NCBI GenBank assembly: GCA_958420205.1
Contig: CATZIX010000007.1
Coordinates: 63,490 to 127,489, forward strand
Source: an uncultured Collinsella sp.
Lineage (GTDB): Bacteria > Actinomycetota > Coriobacteriia > Coriobacteriales > Coriobacteriaceae
Reading direction: 5' to 3'
Length of the DNA: 64,000 nt
Below the pieces are notes generated by a model. The model saw only the letters and a list, made by a program, of their open reading frames with translations, searched no databases and was not told the DNA's origin. Shown piece after piece: positions 15,390-24,805 of this stretch (position 1 is its first letter; every line of letters begins with the position of its first letter). The translations under genes were made by a program, and so were the position numbers.

Positions 15390-17840
15390 ATGGAATCGTT
15401 GTACCGAAAGTATCGCCCGCTCACCTTCGACTCTGTGGTGGGCCAGCAGCATATCGTCTCGACGCTCGAGCACGCCATCACCGAGGGGCGCCTGTCCCAC
15501 GCCTACCTGTTCTGCGGACCGCGCGGCACGGGCAAGACCACCATGGCGCGCATTCTGGCCAAGGCGCTACTGTGCCGCAATGCCGAGGCGGCGCGCGCCG
15601 AGGGTGCAAGCGGCTGCATGCCCGACGGTACTTGCGAGGAGTGCGAGCTCATCGCCGAGGGCAACCACCCCGATGTCTACGAGCTCGATGCTGCAAGCCG
15701 TACCGGCGTGGACAACGTGCGCGAGGAGATCATCAACTCCGTCAACTTTGCCCCGGTGCGCGGCAAGTACAAGATCTATATCATCGACGAGGTCCACATG
15801 CTCACGACGGCGGCGTTCAACGCGCTGCTCAAGACGCTCGAAGAGCCGCCGGCGCACGTGATCTTTGTGCTGTGCACCACCGACCCGCAAAAGATTCTGG
15901 AGACCATCCTCTCGCGCTGCCAGCGCTTCGATTTCCACCGCATCGGCAACGAGGATATCGAGCATCGCCTGGCATACGTGTGCGAGCAGGAGGGCTTCGA
16001 TTACGACGACGAGGCGCTGGCTATCGTGGCGCGCCATGCAAAGGGCGGCATGCGCGACGCGTTGTCCACGCTGGAGCAGCTGAGCGTCTTTGGCAACGGT
16101 TCTGTGCATGCGGACGACGCCCGCTCGCTTTTAGGCGAGGTTTCGGACCAGATTCTGGGCGAGTTTTCCCGCGCCATTGCCGATCGCGATGTTGCCGAGC
16201 TGTATGGGCTTATTCGCGCGCAGGTCGAGGAAGGTAACGATCTGCTGGAGCTGACGCGCGACCTGGTGGCGCACGTGCGCGACGTGTATGTTGCCTGCGT
16301 TGCCGGTGCCCGTGCCGAGTTGTTTGAGGGCGGCTCCGAGCAGGCCGAGGCGCTTGCTGCCGAGGCCGCTGCCTTTGGCGAGCATCCTGCCGACCGCCTG
16401 GCTCGTGTGCTGACAGTGCTCGACGATGCCGCACTGGAGATGAGGGGCGCGAGCGACGTGCGCCTGGTGCTCGAGATTGCCTGCACGCGTCTGGCGCGTC
16501 CCGAGGCTGATTTAACGATTGAGGCATTGGCCGAGCGCGTGGCACGCCTGGAGGCCATGGTTGCCAACGCCGCCGTGCCGGCGAGCGTGGCTGCTGCTCA
16601 GGCCGCCGCGCCTGCAGCATCCGTACCCGCTGCTGCCCAACAGCCGACGCTCATTTCGGGCGCCCGCGCTGCCGCCCCGGCGGCATCCGCTGCCCCCGCT
16701 GCTACGTCCGCGCGCCAGGGCGGTATGCCTTGGGACCGTGGTGCTGCTGTTCCGGTTGCCCAGCCTTCGCCCCGTTCTGCGTCCGTGTCAGCTTCCAAGC
16801 CTGCAGCGCCTGCACCTCAGCCTGCGCCGGCTCCGACGCCTCAGCCCGTTGCGGCCCCCGCGCCTGCCATCGCTCCGGCACCTAAGCCCCAGTCCAACAA
16901 TGCCGCCCAGGTTGCCGCCGCCGGTGCTGCCGAGACGCCCGCGGTCGAGGATGCCGGAGAGCTGCAGCGCAAATGGGCCGAGGTTGTCGAGCGTGTCAAG
17001 GCGCGTCAGGCTTCCTACGCAGGGCTTTTGCTCAACGCCCGCGCCACGGCCGACGACGGCTCCAAGCTCACGGTCTCGTTCCCCGCGGGTTCGACTTTTG
17101 CCATTAAGATGCTCGGTCGCGCCGATACGCAGTCGGTGGTCCTGCCGACGGTCTGCGCGGTCTTCGGTCGTCGTACCGTCGACTATATCCTGGATGGGGG
17201 TGGCACGCCGGCTCCTCAACATGAGGAGCATTCTCCATCTGCACGGGCTGCGGCATCTGCGGACCCGCAACCCGTGTCCTCGGCGGCCCCTGTATCCTCG
17301 AGCGCCAGCGCGCCGCAGCAGCAAGCGGCGCCGGTAGCGGCATCGACCCCGTCGGCGCCTAAGCCCGCGGCGCCCAAACCGGCTGCTCCGACACCCGCGC
17401 CCAAGTCGTCTGACCTGGGCAAAGCCCCCTGGCTACGCTCCGACAACCCCGCCGGCGCTCCTGCCACGGGTAAGCTCCCGACCGAGCCCGCGCCCCGAGC
17501 GCCCGAGCGCGCGTCCGCTCCCAAGGCTCAGCCTGTCGCGCCGTGGGAATCCGAGCAGGTGCCCTACGACGACGCTATGGTCGGCGGCTTCGCCGGCGAT
17601 GCGAGCGGGGACGATCTGCCTCCGTTCGACGTGCCGGGTGCGACGCCCGCGCCCAAGTCCGCTGCATCTGCCCCCAAAGAGGAGGACGCTCCTGCAGCTC
17701 CCTGGGAGTCCAACCCCGGCGCCGGCAGCCCCTTCGGCCATCAGGGCGCAGCCCCGAGCATCCCGCAGACCGAGGACGAGGCCAAAGACCTCATCCGCAG
17801 CGTCTTCGGCCAGTCCACCATCTTCAAGCCGGTGGAGTAG
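15390..17840 (+). CDS. dnaX: DNA polymerase III subunit gamma/tau
   Basis: YRKYRPLTFDSVVGQ, GPRGTGKTT and IYIIDEVHMLT are present. A long Ala/Pro-rich low-complexity region precedes the C-terminus. The ATG follows GGGGGAG. The track ORF is extended upstream artefactually. Confidence 0.92.
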   Translation: MESLYRKYRPLTFDSVVGQQHIVSTLEHAITEGRLSHAYLFCGPRGTGKTTMARILAKALLCRNAEAARAEGASGCMPDGTCEECELIAEGNHPDVYELDAASRTGVDNVREEIINSVNFAPVRGKYKIYIIDEVHMLTTAAFNALLKTLEEPPAHVIFVLCTTDPQKILETILSRCQRFDFHRIGNEDIEHRLAYVCEQEGFDYDDEALAIVARHAKGGMRDALSTLEQLSVFGNGSVHADDARSLLGEVSDQILGEFSRAIADRDVAELYGLIRAQVEEGNDLLELTRDLVAHVRDVYVACVAGARAELFEGGSEQAEALAAEAAAFGEHPADRLARVLTVLDDAALEMRGASDVRLVLEIACTRLARPEADLTIEALAERVARLEAMVANAAVPASVAAAQAAAPAASVPAAAQQPTLISGARAAAPAASAAPAATSARQGGMPWDRGAAVPVAQPSPRSASVSASKPAAPAPQPAPAPTPQPVAAPAPAIAPAPKPQSNNAAQVAAAGAAETPAVEDAGELQRKWAEVVERVKARQASYAGLLLNARATADDGSKLTVSFPAGSTFAIKMLGRADTQSVVLPTVCAVFGRRTVDYILDGGGTPAPQHEEHSPSARAAASADPQPVSSAAPVSSSASAPQQQAAPVAASTPSAPKPAAPKPAAPTPAPKSSDLGKAPWLRSDNPAGAPATGKLPTEPAPRAPERASAPKAQPVAPWESEQVPYDDAMVGGFAGDASGDDLPPFDVPGATPAPKSAASAPKEEDAPAAPWESNPGAGSPFGHQGAAPSIPQTEDEAKDLIRSVFGQSTIFKPVE

Positions 17841-17861
17841 CTGTACGGGCGGGTATACTGC

Positions 17862-18335
17862 TCAAGAAGAGATCTCTTTGTCCGGGCGCATCTGTATTTC
17901 GGACATGTGTAGTGTGGTGCCGCGTATATCGCATTCGAGCAGACAGGTGCGTGACGGTCGGCCTAGGATGCTGAGGTCGATACGATACGTCGCATGGCTG
18001 TCCGTGTATTCGGCTTGCTCGGCGTTGACGGTTGCTCCGATTGTCAATAAAGAGCCTAGTTCGGCATCGACAATCTTGGAGTCCTTTATCTTGACCTTGA
18101 ACTCTTGGTAGAGGGACGGGCTGTTGTAGTAAATGGTTCGACTTCCGTCGGTGCACTCATCGGTCGCTTCCCATTTGACGACGGGCTGGTCCGAGCTGGC
18201 TATCAGTAGTTCTGCTCCAAAGGCTATAGCATGGGTGATGACAACCAGTAATGCCCAGCCGACAAAGAGATAGAGAACCACATATGCAACGGGGTGTTTT
18301 GAGCGGATGTTTTGGAGCGCGTCGGGGGCATTCAT
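17862..18335 (-). CDS. hypothetical membrane-anchored protein
   Basis: 157 aa. GGAGGTG RBS lies 5 nt before the ATG. One N-terminal TM helix. Locally lower GC. Confidence 0.55.
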   Translation of the reverse strand: MNAPDALQNIRSKHPVAYVVLYLFVGWALLVVITHAIAFGAELLIASSDQPVVKWEATDECTDGSRTIYYNSPSLYQEFKVKIKDSKIVDAELGSLLTIGATVNAEQAEYTDSHATYRIDLSILGRPSRTCLLECDIRGTTLHMSEIQMRPDKEISS

Positions 18336-18676
18336 GGGGGCACCTCCAAATTGCTGTCTGTGACAATCAAATTATACCTTGCCATCATGAGCGCCGCCTC
18401 GAGCAGCGGTTCGGCATTTTGTTATCTAGCTGGATGCAGAAAATGTCGGATTCCGGCTCTACAAGATTTAGCTTTCAATATTATGCAGATGCGAATTATT
18501 CAACTTCGCATAATCTTTGGGTGCGGCTTGCACTCCAGGACATGTATATCGACTGAGGTAGCGTGTCCGCCCCGCTCGCTGGCCTCGCGCCGTGGTACGA
18601 TTTTTGAGTTTGAAAGTCCCGCCGTGCTCCGGCTGCCCTTGCAGCTTGTCGCGCGGCCGCACGTAAAGGAGCCATC

Positions 18677-18997
18677 ATGGCCGGTATGAACATGCAGCAG
18701 ATGATGAAGCAGGCTCGCAAGATGCAGGAGCAGCTTGCCGCCGCGCAGGAGAATCTCAAGTCCCAGACCGTCGACGCCTCTGCCGGCGGCGGCATGGTCA
18801 AGGTGACCGTTAACGGCGAGATGGAGCTCGTCAACCTCACCATCGATCCCGATGCCCTCGATCCCGAGGACGTCGATATGCTGCAGGATATGATCATGGC
18901 TGCCGTCAACGAGGCCGTCCGCGGCGTCAACGAGCTCGCCAACAAGCAGATGGGCGCCATCACCGGCGGCCTCAACATCCCGGGCATGCCGTTCTAA
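18677..18997 (+). CDS. ybaB: YbaB/EbfC nucleoid-associated protein
   Basis: 106 aa. [15 protein letters not shown]...[11 protein letters not shown] is the YbaB signature. It occupies the conserved position before recR. Confidence 0.92.
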   Translation: MAGMNMQQMMKQARKMQEQLAAAQENLKSQTVDASAGGGMVKVTVNGEMELVNLTIDPDALDPEDVDMLQDMIMAAVNEAVRGVNELANKQMGAITGGLNIPGMPF

Positions 18998-19010
18998 GAC
19001 ACGCATATAT

Positions 19011-19607
19011 ATGAGTGCGAATCACAGTCTGCAAAAACTGCTCGATGAACTGGGTCGTCTGCCGGGCATTGGTCCCAAGTCGGCCCAGCGCATCGCCTAT
19101 TACCTGCTCGAGGCCGATGCCGAGGAGGCCCGCCGCCTGGCCGAGGCCATCCTGGAGGTCAAGCAGGAGGTCCACTTTTGCAGCCGTTGCTTTAACTACG
19201 CCACGGCCGACGAGTGCTCCATCTGCCAGGACCCGATGCGCGATACCACTCGTATTTGCGTGGTGGGCGAGCCGCGCGACGTCCAGGCGATCGAGCGCAC
19301 GGGCAGCTACCACGGCCTGTACCATGTGCTGGGCGGCGTGATTAGCCCCATGGACAAGATCGGTCCCGAGCAGCTGCATATCCGCGAGCTGCTGGCGCGC
19401 CTGGGCCACGAGGACATCCACGAGGTCATTATCGCCACCAACCCCAATATCGAGGGCGAGACCACGGCGAGCTACCTAGCTCGCACCATCAAGCCACTAG
19501 GCGTCGAGGTGTCGCGTCTGGCAAGCGGCCTTCCCGTGGGCGGCGACCTGGAGTATGCCGACGAGCTTACGCTTGGCCGCGCCATCGAGGCCCGTCGCGC
19601 GATTTAG
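19011..19607 (+). CDS. recR: recombination protein RecR
   Basis: The HhH is [17 protein letters not shown], the zinc finger is [16 protein letters not shown], and a Toprim domain follows. Confidence 0.95.
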   Translation: MSANHSLQKLLDELGRLPGIGPKSAQRIAYYLLEADAEEARRLAEAILEVKQEVHFCSRCFNYATADECSICQDPMRDTTRICVVGEPRDVQAIERTGSYHGLYHVLGGVISPMDKIGPEQLHIRELLARLGHEDIHEVIIATNPNIEGETTASYLARTIKPLGVEVSRLASGLPVGGDLEYADELTLGRAIEARRAI

Positions 19608-19852
19608 GTGGCGAGCCTGCTCCTGCCGTATGTTTTCCTCGCGATGCACGGGGTAGTCATAATTTCCCCGTGCGACTGTGAGTTTGTTGTGCAACAAAGA
19701 TGCTTCGTATCCGCTTATCGCATGGATGCTTCCGCTTGCATCCTTAATTTGCCCATTCGTTGCGCAACCTTTTAGGTTCGCTGATACACTCAAATATGGA
19801 TTTGAATGAATGCGCCGCTTCTGAGCGGCGTGTTTTTCTTGGAGGAGAACGC

Positions 19853-20758
19853 ATGCGGCCCGGTGGCACTCAGACAAAGCGCGGCGCCGCGGTGCGCATG
19901 CGACGCCGACTGGGCTTGGCGCCGCGGGCGTACGTGCTGCTGTCGTGCTCGCTGGTGCTGGTCATGGCTGGCGTTTCTGCCTATGGCATGACCGTGCCGT
20001 CCATGATGCAGGCGCATACCGCACGCGAACCGCGCGTGGGGCATGAGGTCAAAAGTGATCTGGGTACCACGACTGGATATGCTTGGGCAAGTGTGGTCGC
20101 GCATATTGTGTTTGGCACCGACGATGCGGACGGCGCCGAGGCCCCGGACAACGAAGTCACGCTTGCCAATGGCAAAACCATCGTGCTCACCAACACCAAG
20201 ATCATCGATCGGTTGTCCAACAATAGCGTGGCGGCAACGGTGAAAAAGGTCGAGCAGCAGAAGGAGCAGGACGCCCAGCAGTCCGGAAAGCCCGGTAGCT
20301 CGGATACTTCTGGCTCCGGCTCGGATTCATCGAGTTCGGGCGGCGGCTCTGGGTCGGGTTCCTCTACCGGAGGGTCTGGAAACGGCGGCTCGACGGGCGG
20401 CAACACTGACAACGATGCAAACTCCGGTGGCCTTTCCGCTGCTGAAGAAGAGAGCATTCACAGTTGGCTTGTGACCAAGTACAACATGCTCGACGGCTAT
20501 GTTTCTCGTGCCAATGACGTGGTCTCGACCTATAACTCTACGGGAGATCCCAGACCGTGCGACAGCCTGGTCGGGGAGATGTTTGTCATTCGAGCCGAGT
20601 TCGGTCGTCAGACATTCTCGCCCCGGTCAAAGTGGTATCAGCAGTATGCCAATCTGTGGGGCTGTTACACCAACCTATGTCAATGGGTCGGCCATTACGG
20701 CGATGATGACGTCGCGCTCGGTAACTTCAACAATAACGTGGCGGCGCTTGCCCTATGA
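19853..20758 (+). CDS. membrane-anchored/secreted protein with a Ser/Gly-rich linker, unknown function
   Basis: The ATG follows GGAGGAG. The signal anchor is VLLSCSLVLVMAGVSAYG, followed by the tract SGSGSDSSSSGGGSGSGSSTGGSGNGGSTGG. Its stop overlaps the kinase start (ATGA). Confidence 0.55.
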   Translation: MRPGGTQTKRGAAVRMRRRLGLAPRAYVLLSCSLVLVMAGVSAYGMTVPSMMQAHTAREPRVGHEVKSDLGTTTGYAWASVVAHIVFGTDDADGAEAPDNEVTLANGKTIVLTNTKIIDRLSNNSVAATVKKVEQQKEQDAQQSGKPGSSDTSGSGSDSSSSGGGSGSGSSTGGSGNGGSTGGNTDNDANSGGLSAAEEESIHSWLVTKYNMLDGYVSRANDVVSTYNSTGDPRPCDSLVGEMFVIRAEFGRQTFSPRSKWYQQYANLWGCYTNLCQWVGHYGDDDVALGNFNNNVAALAL

Positions 20759-22599
20759 TGACCGATCTTGCATCCACCACACCACAATCGCTCGGTCGCG
20801 ATTCCATGGTCGGCCTGCGCCTGGCGCGTGTCGACGGGTTTGAGCCGGCCATTGCGCTCGGTCAGGACGAACTGCCTGCCTATTTGCGTCGTTTTACGAT
20901 GCTGTTTGCCGACGATGCCACCATGCGCCGTGGCGGTATCGGCCGCGTGACGCGTGCCGTCAACGCCCAAGGCGAGGCCGTGGCACTCAAGCAGCTCATC
21001 TTGCCGACGCGCGATGAGTTTGACGACGATGCCGCTCACGAGGCGCTGGTCGCCAAGTTCAAGGCGGCGTTTCGCGAGGAATACGAATGCCATCGCGCCC
21101 TTTCGGGCCTTAAGGGCTTTCCCCGCCTCTATGGCTGGGGCGAGGTCGACGGTGTGCCTGCAATTGTCATGGAATGGGTCGAGGGCGAGACGCTTGCCCG
21201 CTTGCGTTCGCGACTCGCCGTGGACGATGCCGGACGTCTGTCGCCGCTCGTGGCGGCGCGTCTGGGTCGCGACCTGTTCGATTTGCTCTGCCGTATGAGC
21301 CTGGTGGGCGAGGGCTTTGTCCATCGCGATATCTCGCCCGCTAATATTATGGTGCGCACGGCGCGTCTACCGCTTGACCGGCAGCTTGCCGAGGGCACAT
21401 TTGACCTGTGCCTGATCGACTTTGGCTCATCGCTGGCGCTTGAGCCTGCGTCGGCCGTGGCCGGTACCGGCGGCAAGGCGTCGTTTACGGAGCGTTATGC
21501 CACGCTGCGTCGCGCGACGGTTGCCTATGCCCCGCCCGAGATGCTCACCGACGATATTCCCGACCTGCGCGCTTTGCGTATGTCACCGGCGATTGACGTC
21601 TATGCCGCGGCAAGCACGGTTTACGAGCTCATTGCCGGCGTCACGCCATACGAAGCCGCGCCGAGCACTTCGGGCGCCTCGGGTTCGCGCAAAAGGACGC
21701 GCGACATCGCGAGCCCCTACCGTCTTAAGATGGACACGCGGCCCGACTATCCCATTGGTGCCCATGCGCCCGGTTGTGATTTGACTCAGCTGCTTCGTCG
21801 TGAGCCCGATGTGGCGCTCGCCGCGGCCGAGCAGGCCCAGCAGCTAGGGCTTGAGCCGGATTCCGAAGAGCTACGCGATGCGCTGGCGTTTGTCGATGCC
21901 CAGCTGTTCGACGTGGTGATGGCCTGTCTGTCCAGCCATCAAAAAGATCGTCCCGAGCCGGCGGCGGTCGAGGCGGCGCTCTCAGCGTTTTGTGACCACT
22001 ATGCGCAAAATGTCGGCCGTTCGCTCCGCGGCGAGCCGCTCACGCCGTGCCCCATGGATGCGTCTGGCCGCGCGGTTCGTCGCGCGCTGATGGTCGGCGC
22101 GACGGTCGTCTGTGGCGTGGTTTGGGCTGTGATCGTGGTTTCGGCCGCGCTGCTGGCGTCGGGCGCTCGCGTGACGGCGACTTTGGGATCGCTCGTGTGG
22201 TCTGGGTCGCTACCGGGTATTATTGCCGCACTGGCGTTGGCGCTGCCAGGCATAGCCGGCGTTGCCGCGGGGGCGCTTGCGCGCGATCGGCGCTCGGGCT
22301 TCCTGCAGGGTGTGCTTGCGCTTTCTGCCTGCGAGGTTCCGGTGCTGGTTGTGGCTGCATGTAGCGTATTTTCCCAACGCGCCGTGATGGGCGGCCTTGT
22401 TGCCGCTCTGGTTGCAACCTATACGCTTACGTGGTTTTTGCTTGCGATGGGCTTTGCCTTTGAACTTCCCGTTTCGGCACCGCGACGCACAAAAGCCCAG
22501 ATGGCGACTCCGCTTGCCGGTGGAGCCGCAGCTGCCCGTACTTTTGGCGGACCTGTCGAAGTATCGTCCGATTCTATTTCTACGACTAAGGAGGCCTAG
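20755..22599 (+). CDS. Hanks-type kinase-like protein with an atypical catalytic loop and a polytopic membrane C-terminus
   Basis: VALKQL, HRDISPAN (Ser in place of the catalytic-loop Lys), DFGSS and APE are present. The C-terminal ~170 aa has several TM helices. Confidence 0.75.
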   Translation: MMTDLASTTPQSLGRDSMVGLRLARVDGFEPAIALGQDELPAYLRRFTMLFADDATMRRGGIGRVTRAVNAQGEAVALKQLILPTRDEFDDDAAHEALVAKFKAAFREEYECHRALSGLKGFPRLYGWGEVDGVPAIVMEWVEGETLARLRSRLAVDDAGRLSPLVAARLGRDLFDLLCRMSLVGEGFVHRDISPANIMVRTARLPLDRQLAEGTFDLCLIDFGSSLALEPASAVAGTGGKASFTERYATLRRATVAYAPPEMLTDDIPDLRALRMSPAIDVYAAASTVYELIAGVTPYEAAPSTSGASGSRKRTRDIASPYRLKMDTRPDYPIGAHAPGCDLTQLLRREPDVALAAAEQAQQLGLEPDSEELRDALAFVDAQLFDVVMACLSSHQKDRPEPAAVEAALSAFCDHYAQNVGRSLRGEPLTPCPMDASGRAVRRALMVGATVVCGVVWAVIVVSAALLASGARVTATLGSLVWSGSLPGIIAALALALPGIAGVAAGALARDRRSGFLQGVLALSACEVPVLVVAACSVFSQRAVMGGLVAALVATYTLTWFLLAMGFAFELPVSAPRRTKAQMATPLAGGAAAARTFGGPVEVSSDSISTTKEA

Positions 22600-22602
22600 G
22601 TC

Positions 22603-23541
22603 ATGGCATCTCAAGTTGAGCTCACCCCATGCGGGGCCATGTTTGACATCTTTAAGCGCGCGGCGCATCTGAGCCATATCGAGCTGTGCGGCTTGGTGCT
22701 TTCGTCCCGTCCGCTCGCCGACGGCCGCAGCCCGCAGAGCCGAGCCGCCGATCGCTCTTGGGTTTCCCGCTTTATCGTTCGCGCGCCGGTCGGCACGCTT
22801 CAGCAGCGCTACTTTGCCGAATACGGTACCTCGGCTGCGCGCATTATGTCGCAACTGGCCCTGCGCCAGCGAAATCCCATGGACTCCACGGCTGTGATCA
22901 ATATGGTGTGCGGTCCTGCAGGTGAACCGATGGTACGCGCGCTCGAAGAGTGCCACCAGGACACGAATCTCTATCGCAACGCGCTCGATCGCCTGTCCCA
23001 GGCGGCGGAACTCATGCCCGCCGAGCGCGCCGAGGCCGTGCTGGTGCTGTTTGTCGCTGTCGGTTGTTCGGCGGATGTGCGGTCCTCGGTGAACTATGCC
23101 ATCGACTACGCGCACGCGACCTGTGGCGGAGGCACCTCCACGCCGCGTTCGCTTGGCATGTCGATGACCGCGGGCGAGCGCGAACCCGCCCCGGCGCACC
23201 CCTTGGGCTTGCTGCGCGTGCAAAACAGTTTTGTCGTGAGCGCTCCGCGCTGGATTCAGCCGAGTGAGCAGGGTGTTGAGATTGGCGCGCTGGCCACTGG
23301 TGAGGGCGATATTACCGACGTCGGCGACGATGTCTCGGCCCGCCATGCCCATATCTGGTGCGATGCTCAAAATATCTGGCGCGTCGAGGACTTGTCGTCC
23401 ACCAACGGAACCGTGGTGGTAAACGGGGCCACGCGCGTCTGCATTCAGGTCGAGCCCGGCCGTTCCGCCCAACTCAATCCCGGCGACGAGCTCAAGCTCG
23501 GCGAATCCACTACCTACGCCATCCTGCTCGGCGCCCTCTAG
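22603..23541 (+). CDS. FHA-domain protein (unknown N-terminal domain plus C-terminal FHA)
   Basis: AAGGAGG RBS. The FHA core is VSARHAHIWCDAQNIWRVEDLSSTNGTVVVNG...LNPGDELKLG. Confidence 0.78.
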   Translation: MASQVELTPCGAMFDIFKRAAHLSHIELCGLVLSSRPLADGRSPQSRAADRSWVSRFIVRAPVGTLQQRYFAEYGTSAARIMSQLALRQRNPMDSTAVINMVCGPAGEPMVRALEECHQDTNLYRNALDRLSQAAELMPAERAEAVLVLFVAVGCSADVRSSVNYAIDYAHATCGGGTSTPRSLGMSMTAGEREPAPAHPLGLLRVQNSFVVSAPRWIQPSEQGVEIGALATGEGDITDVGDDVSARHAHIWCDAQNIWRVEDLSSTNGTVVVNGATRVCIQVEPGRSAQLNPGDELKLGESTTYAILLGAL

Positions 23542-23647
23542 CCGGCAGTTAGGGGCGTTCCTTTTCTGCCGGCACTTGGGGGCACTTCTCTGCGCGCCAG
23601 AGCCGGTCGCCTGGGGATGGAGAGGCCATTTTGGCCCTTGGCGGTCA
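23109..23647 (+). repeat. left copy of the ~530-bp direct repeat flanking the AT-richer island (3' half of the FHA gene plus ~105 bp downstream)
   Basis: Aligned by eye to 29860..30382. The 5' part is diverged. Tract 23332..23525 matches 30067..30260 with a single mismatch. Confidence 0.85.
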
Positions 23648-23778
23648 GTCGGGGCGAAACTAGAAGATCTTTCCGATTCGCGGCTGTTCATGCTTGTAGA
23701 GCATCTAAAACAATAGGATGTTATTCTGGAATATGCCGGGTGCGTGAACTTGCCTGTCTTAGCCTTAAAAAGGTATAG

Positions 23779-24527
23779 GGGAGTTTGGCTCAGGGGTTCC
23801 GTCTTGTTCTTCAGCGCAGTATTGTGGGACAGATTTGCTGAGATTGGCGCCTTACACCGCAGAGCGCACGGAAGGCTCTCGATTTGTGTTCTGGCCCCAG
23901 AATACAGGGCCTGATACTTACCAACTGTGGCATGGATGTAACATCTGTAGAAATCAACCCTTTTGTTGTCGACCTTTGTAAGAAGAACACTGCCATCAAC
24001 TCTTTGGATGACGAAACTAGGGTGCTTGAGGGGAGCCTTTACTCCCCTCTGTGAGATGACTCATGTTTTTCGCTTGTCGTTGTGAATCCTCCGTTACTGC
24101 CGATTCCGGATGAGATTCCTTATCCCTTCGTTGGGGATGGGGGACAATCGGGTCTGGATATAACACTTCATATTCTTAAGGGTGGCGATACGCATTTAGA
24201 GGAAAACACTAAATACTGCTAATAGGGGTGACGACGATGGCGTAGGGGCGACCCACGATGCTCGCATCAATACGTCGGCTACTTGGGGAATCAGGTCTAG
24301 ATGCATGTATGATGATACTGTGCAGCTATTCAATTAGTCCGCGTTCCGAATGGGTGCGGGGTATGGCGGCGACGTCGTATGCTTTTGCCCTGGCGCGATA
24401 CTCAGGTATTTCTGAGGCGGTTGACGAAGTTTATACGCGCTATGCCGCGCAAGGCGTCCGGAAGTTTGCACATCTACATTACGGGCTTAGGTTTCTTCAA
24501 GCGAGCAGGCTGGTTGCGTTATTATGA
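23779..24527 (+). pseudogene. decayed class I SAM-dependent methyltransferase
   Basis: Motif I-like LDLCSGP, then VTSVEINPFVVDLCKKN and an NPPY-like VVVNPPLLP, all in one frame. That frame is broken by in-frame TGA codons at 23839 and 24052. A frame shift leads into the 24258..24527 ORF (LLGESGLDACMMIL). Confidence 0.45.
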
Positions 24528-24614
24528 GCGATTTTTCTAGCCTAGGCGACAAAAGGCAAAGGATTTGGTGGGTGTAAAACGAGGTCGTTTGCGGGCGGAC
24601 GCTCCAATCTATTG

Positions 24615-24660
24615 TGGCAATCGGGCGGTTGAAAAAGATATTTCAATCGCCCGATTGCCA
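24615..24660. promoter_or_regulatory. 20-bp-arm palindrome (TGGCAATCGGGCGGTTGAAA-AAGATA-TTTCAATCGCCCGATTGCCA) ~150 bp upstream of the ABC exporter
   Basis: Read directly. There is one G:T position in the arms and no flanking T-run. Candidate operator rather than intrinsic terminator. Confidence 0.4.
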
Positions 24661-24805
24661 GATTCGTCGGAGGAGATGTCCGATTCCGACTCTCTTGTAG
24701 GAAGAGCTTGAGACCGTATTGGCCCAAGGCAATCTTAAAGCAGTCTCATTGGCAAATCTTCGCTCCTGTTGTGTTGAGGTGTAAGGTATCAGTGATTGAT
24801 GTTTT

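Noticed and set aside
15390-17840. Programmed -1 frameshift site in dnaX (A AAA AAG type), and an SRP RNA (ffs) next to dnaX as in many bacteria.
   Set aside because: I saw no slippery heptamer in the gene. Neither the 15275..15389 nor the 18336..18676 intergenic region contains the conserved SRP domain IV motifs. The scan was only by eye.
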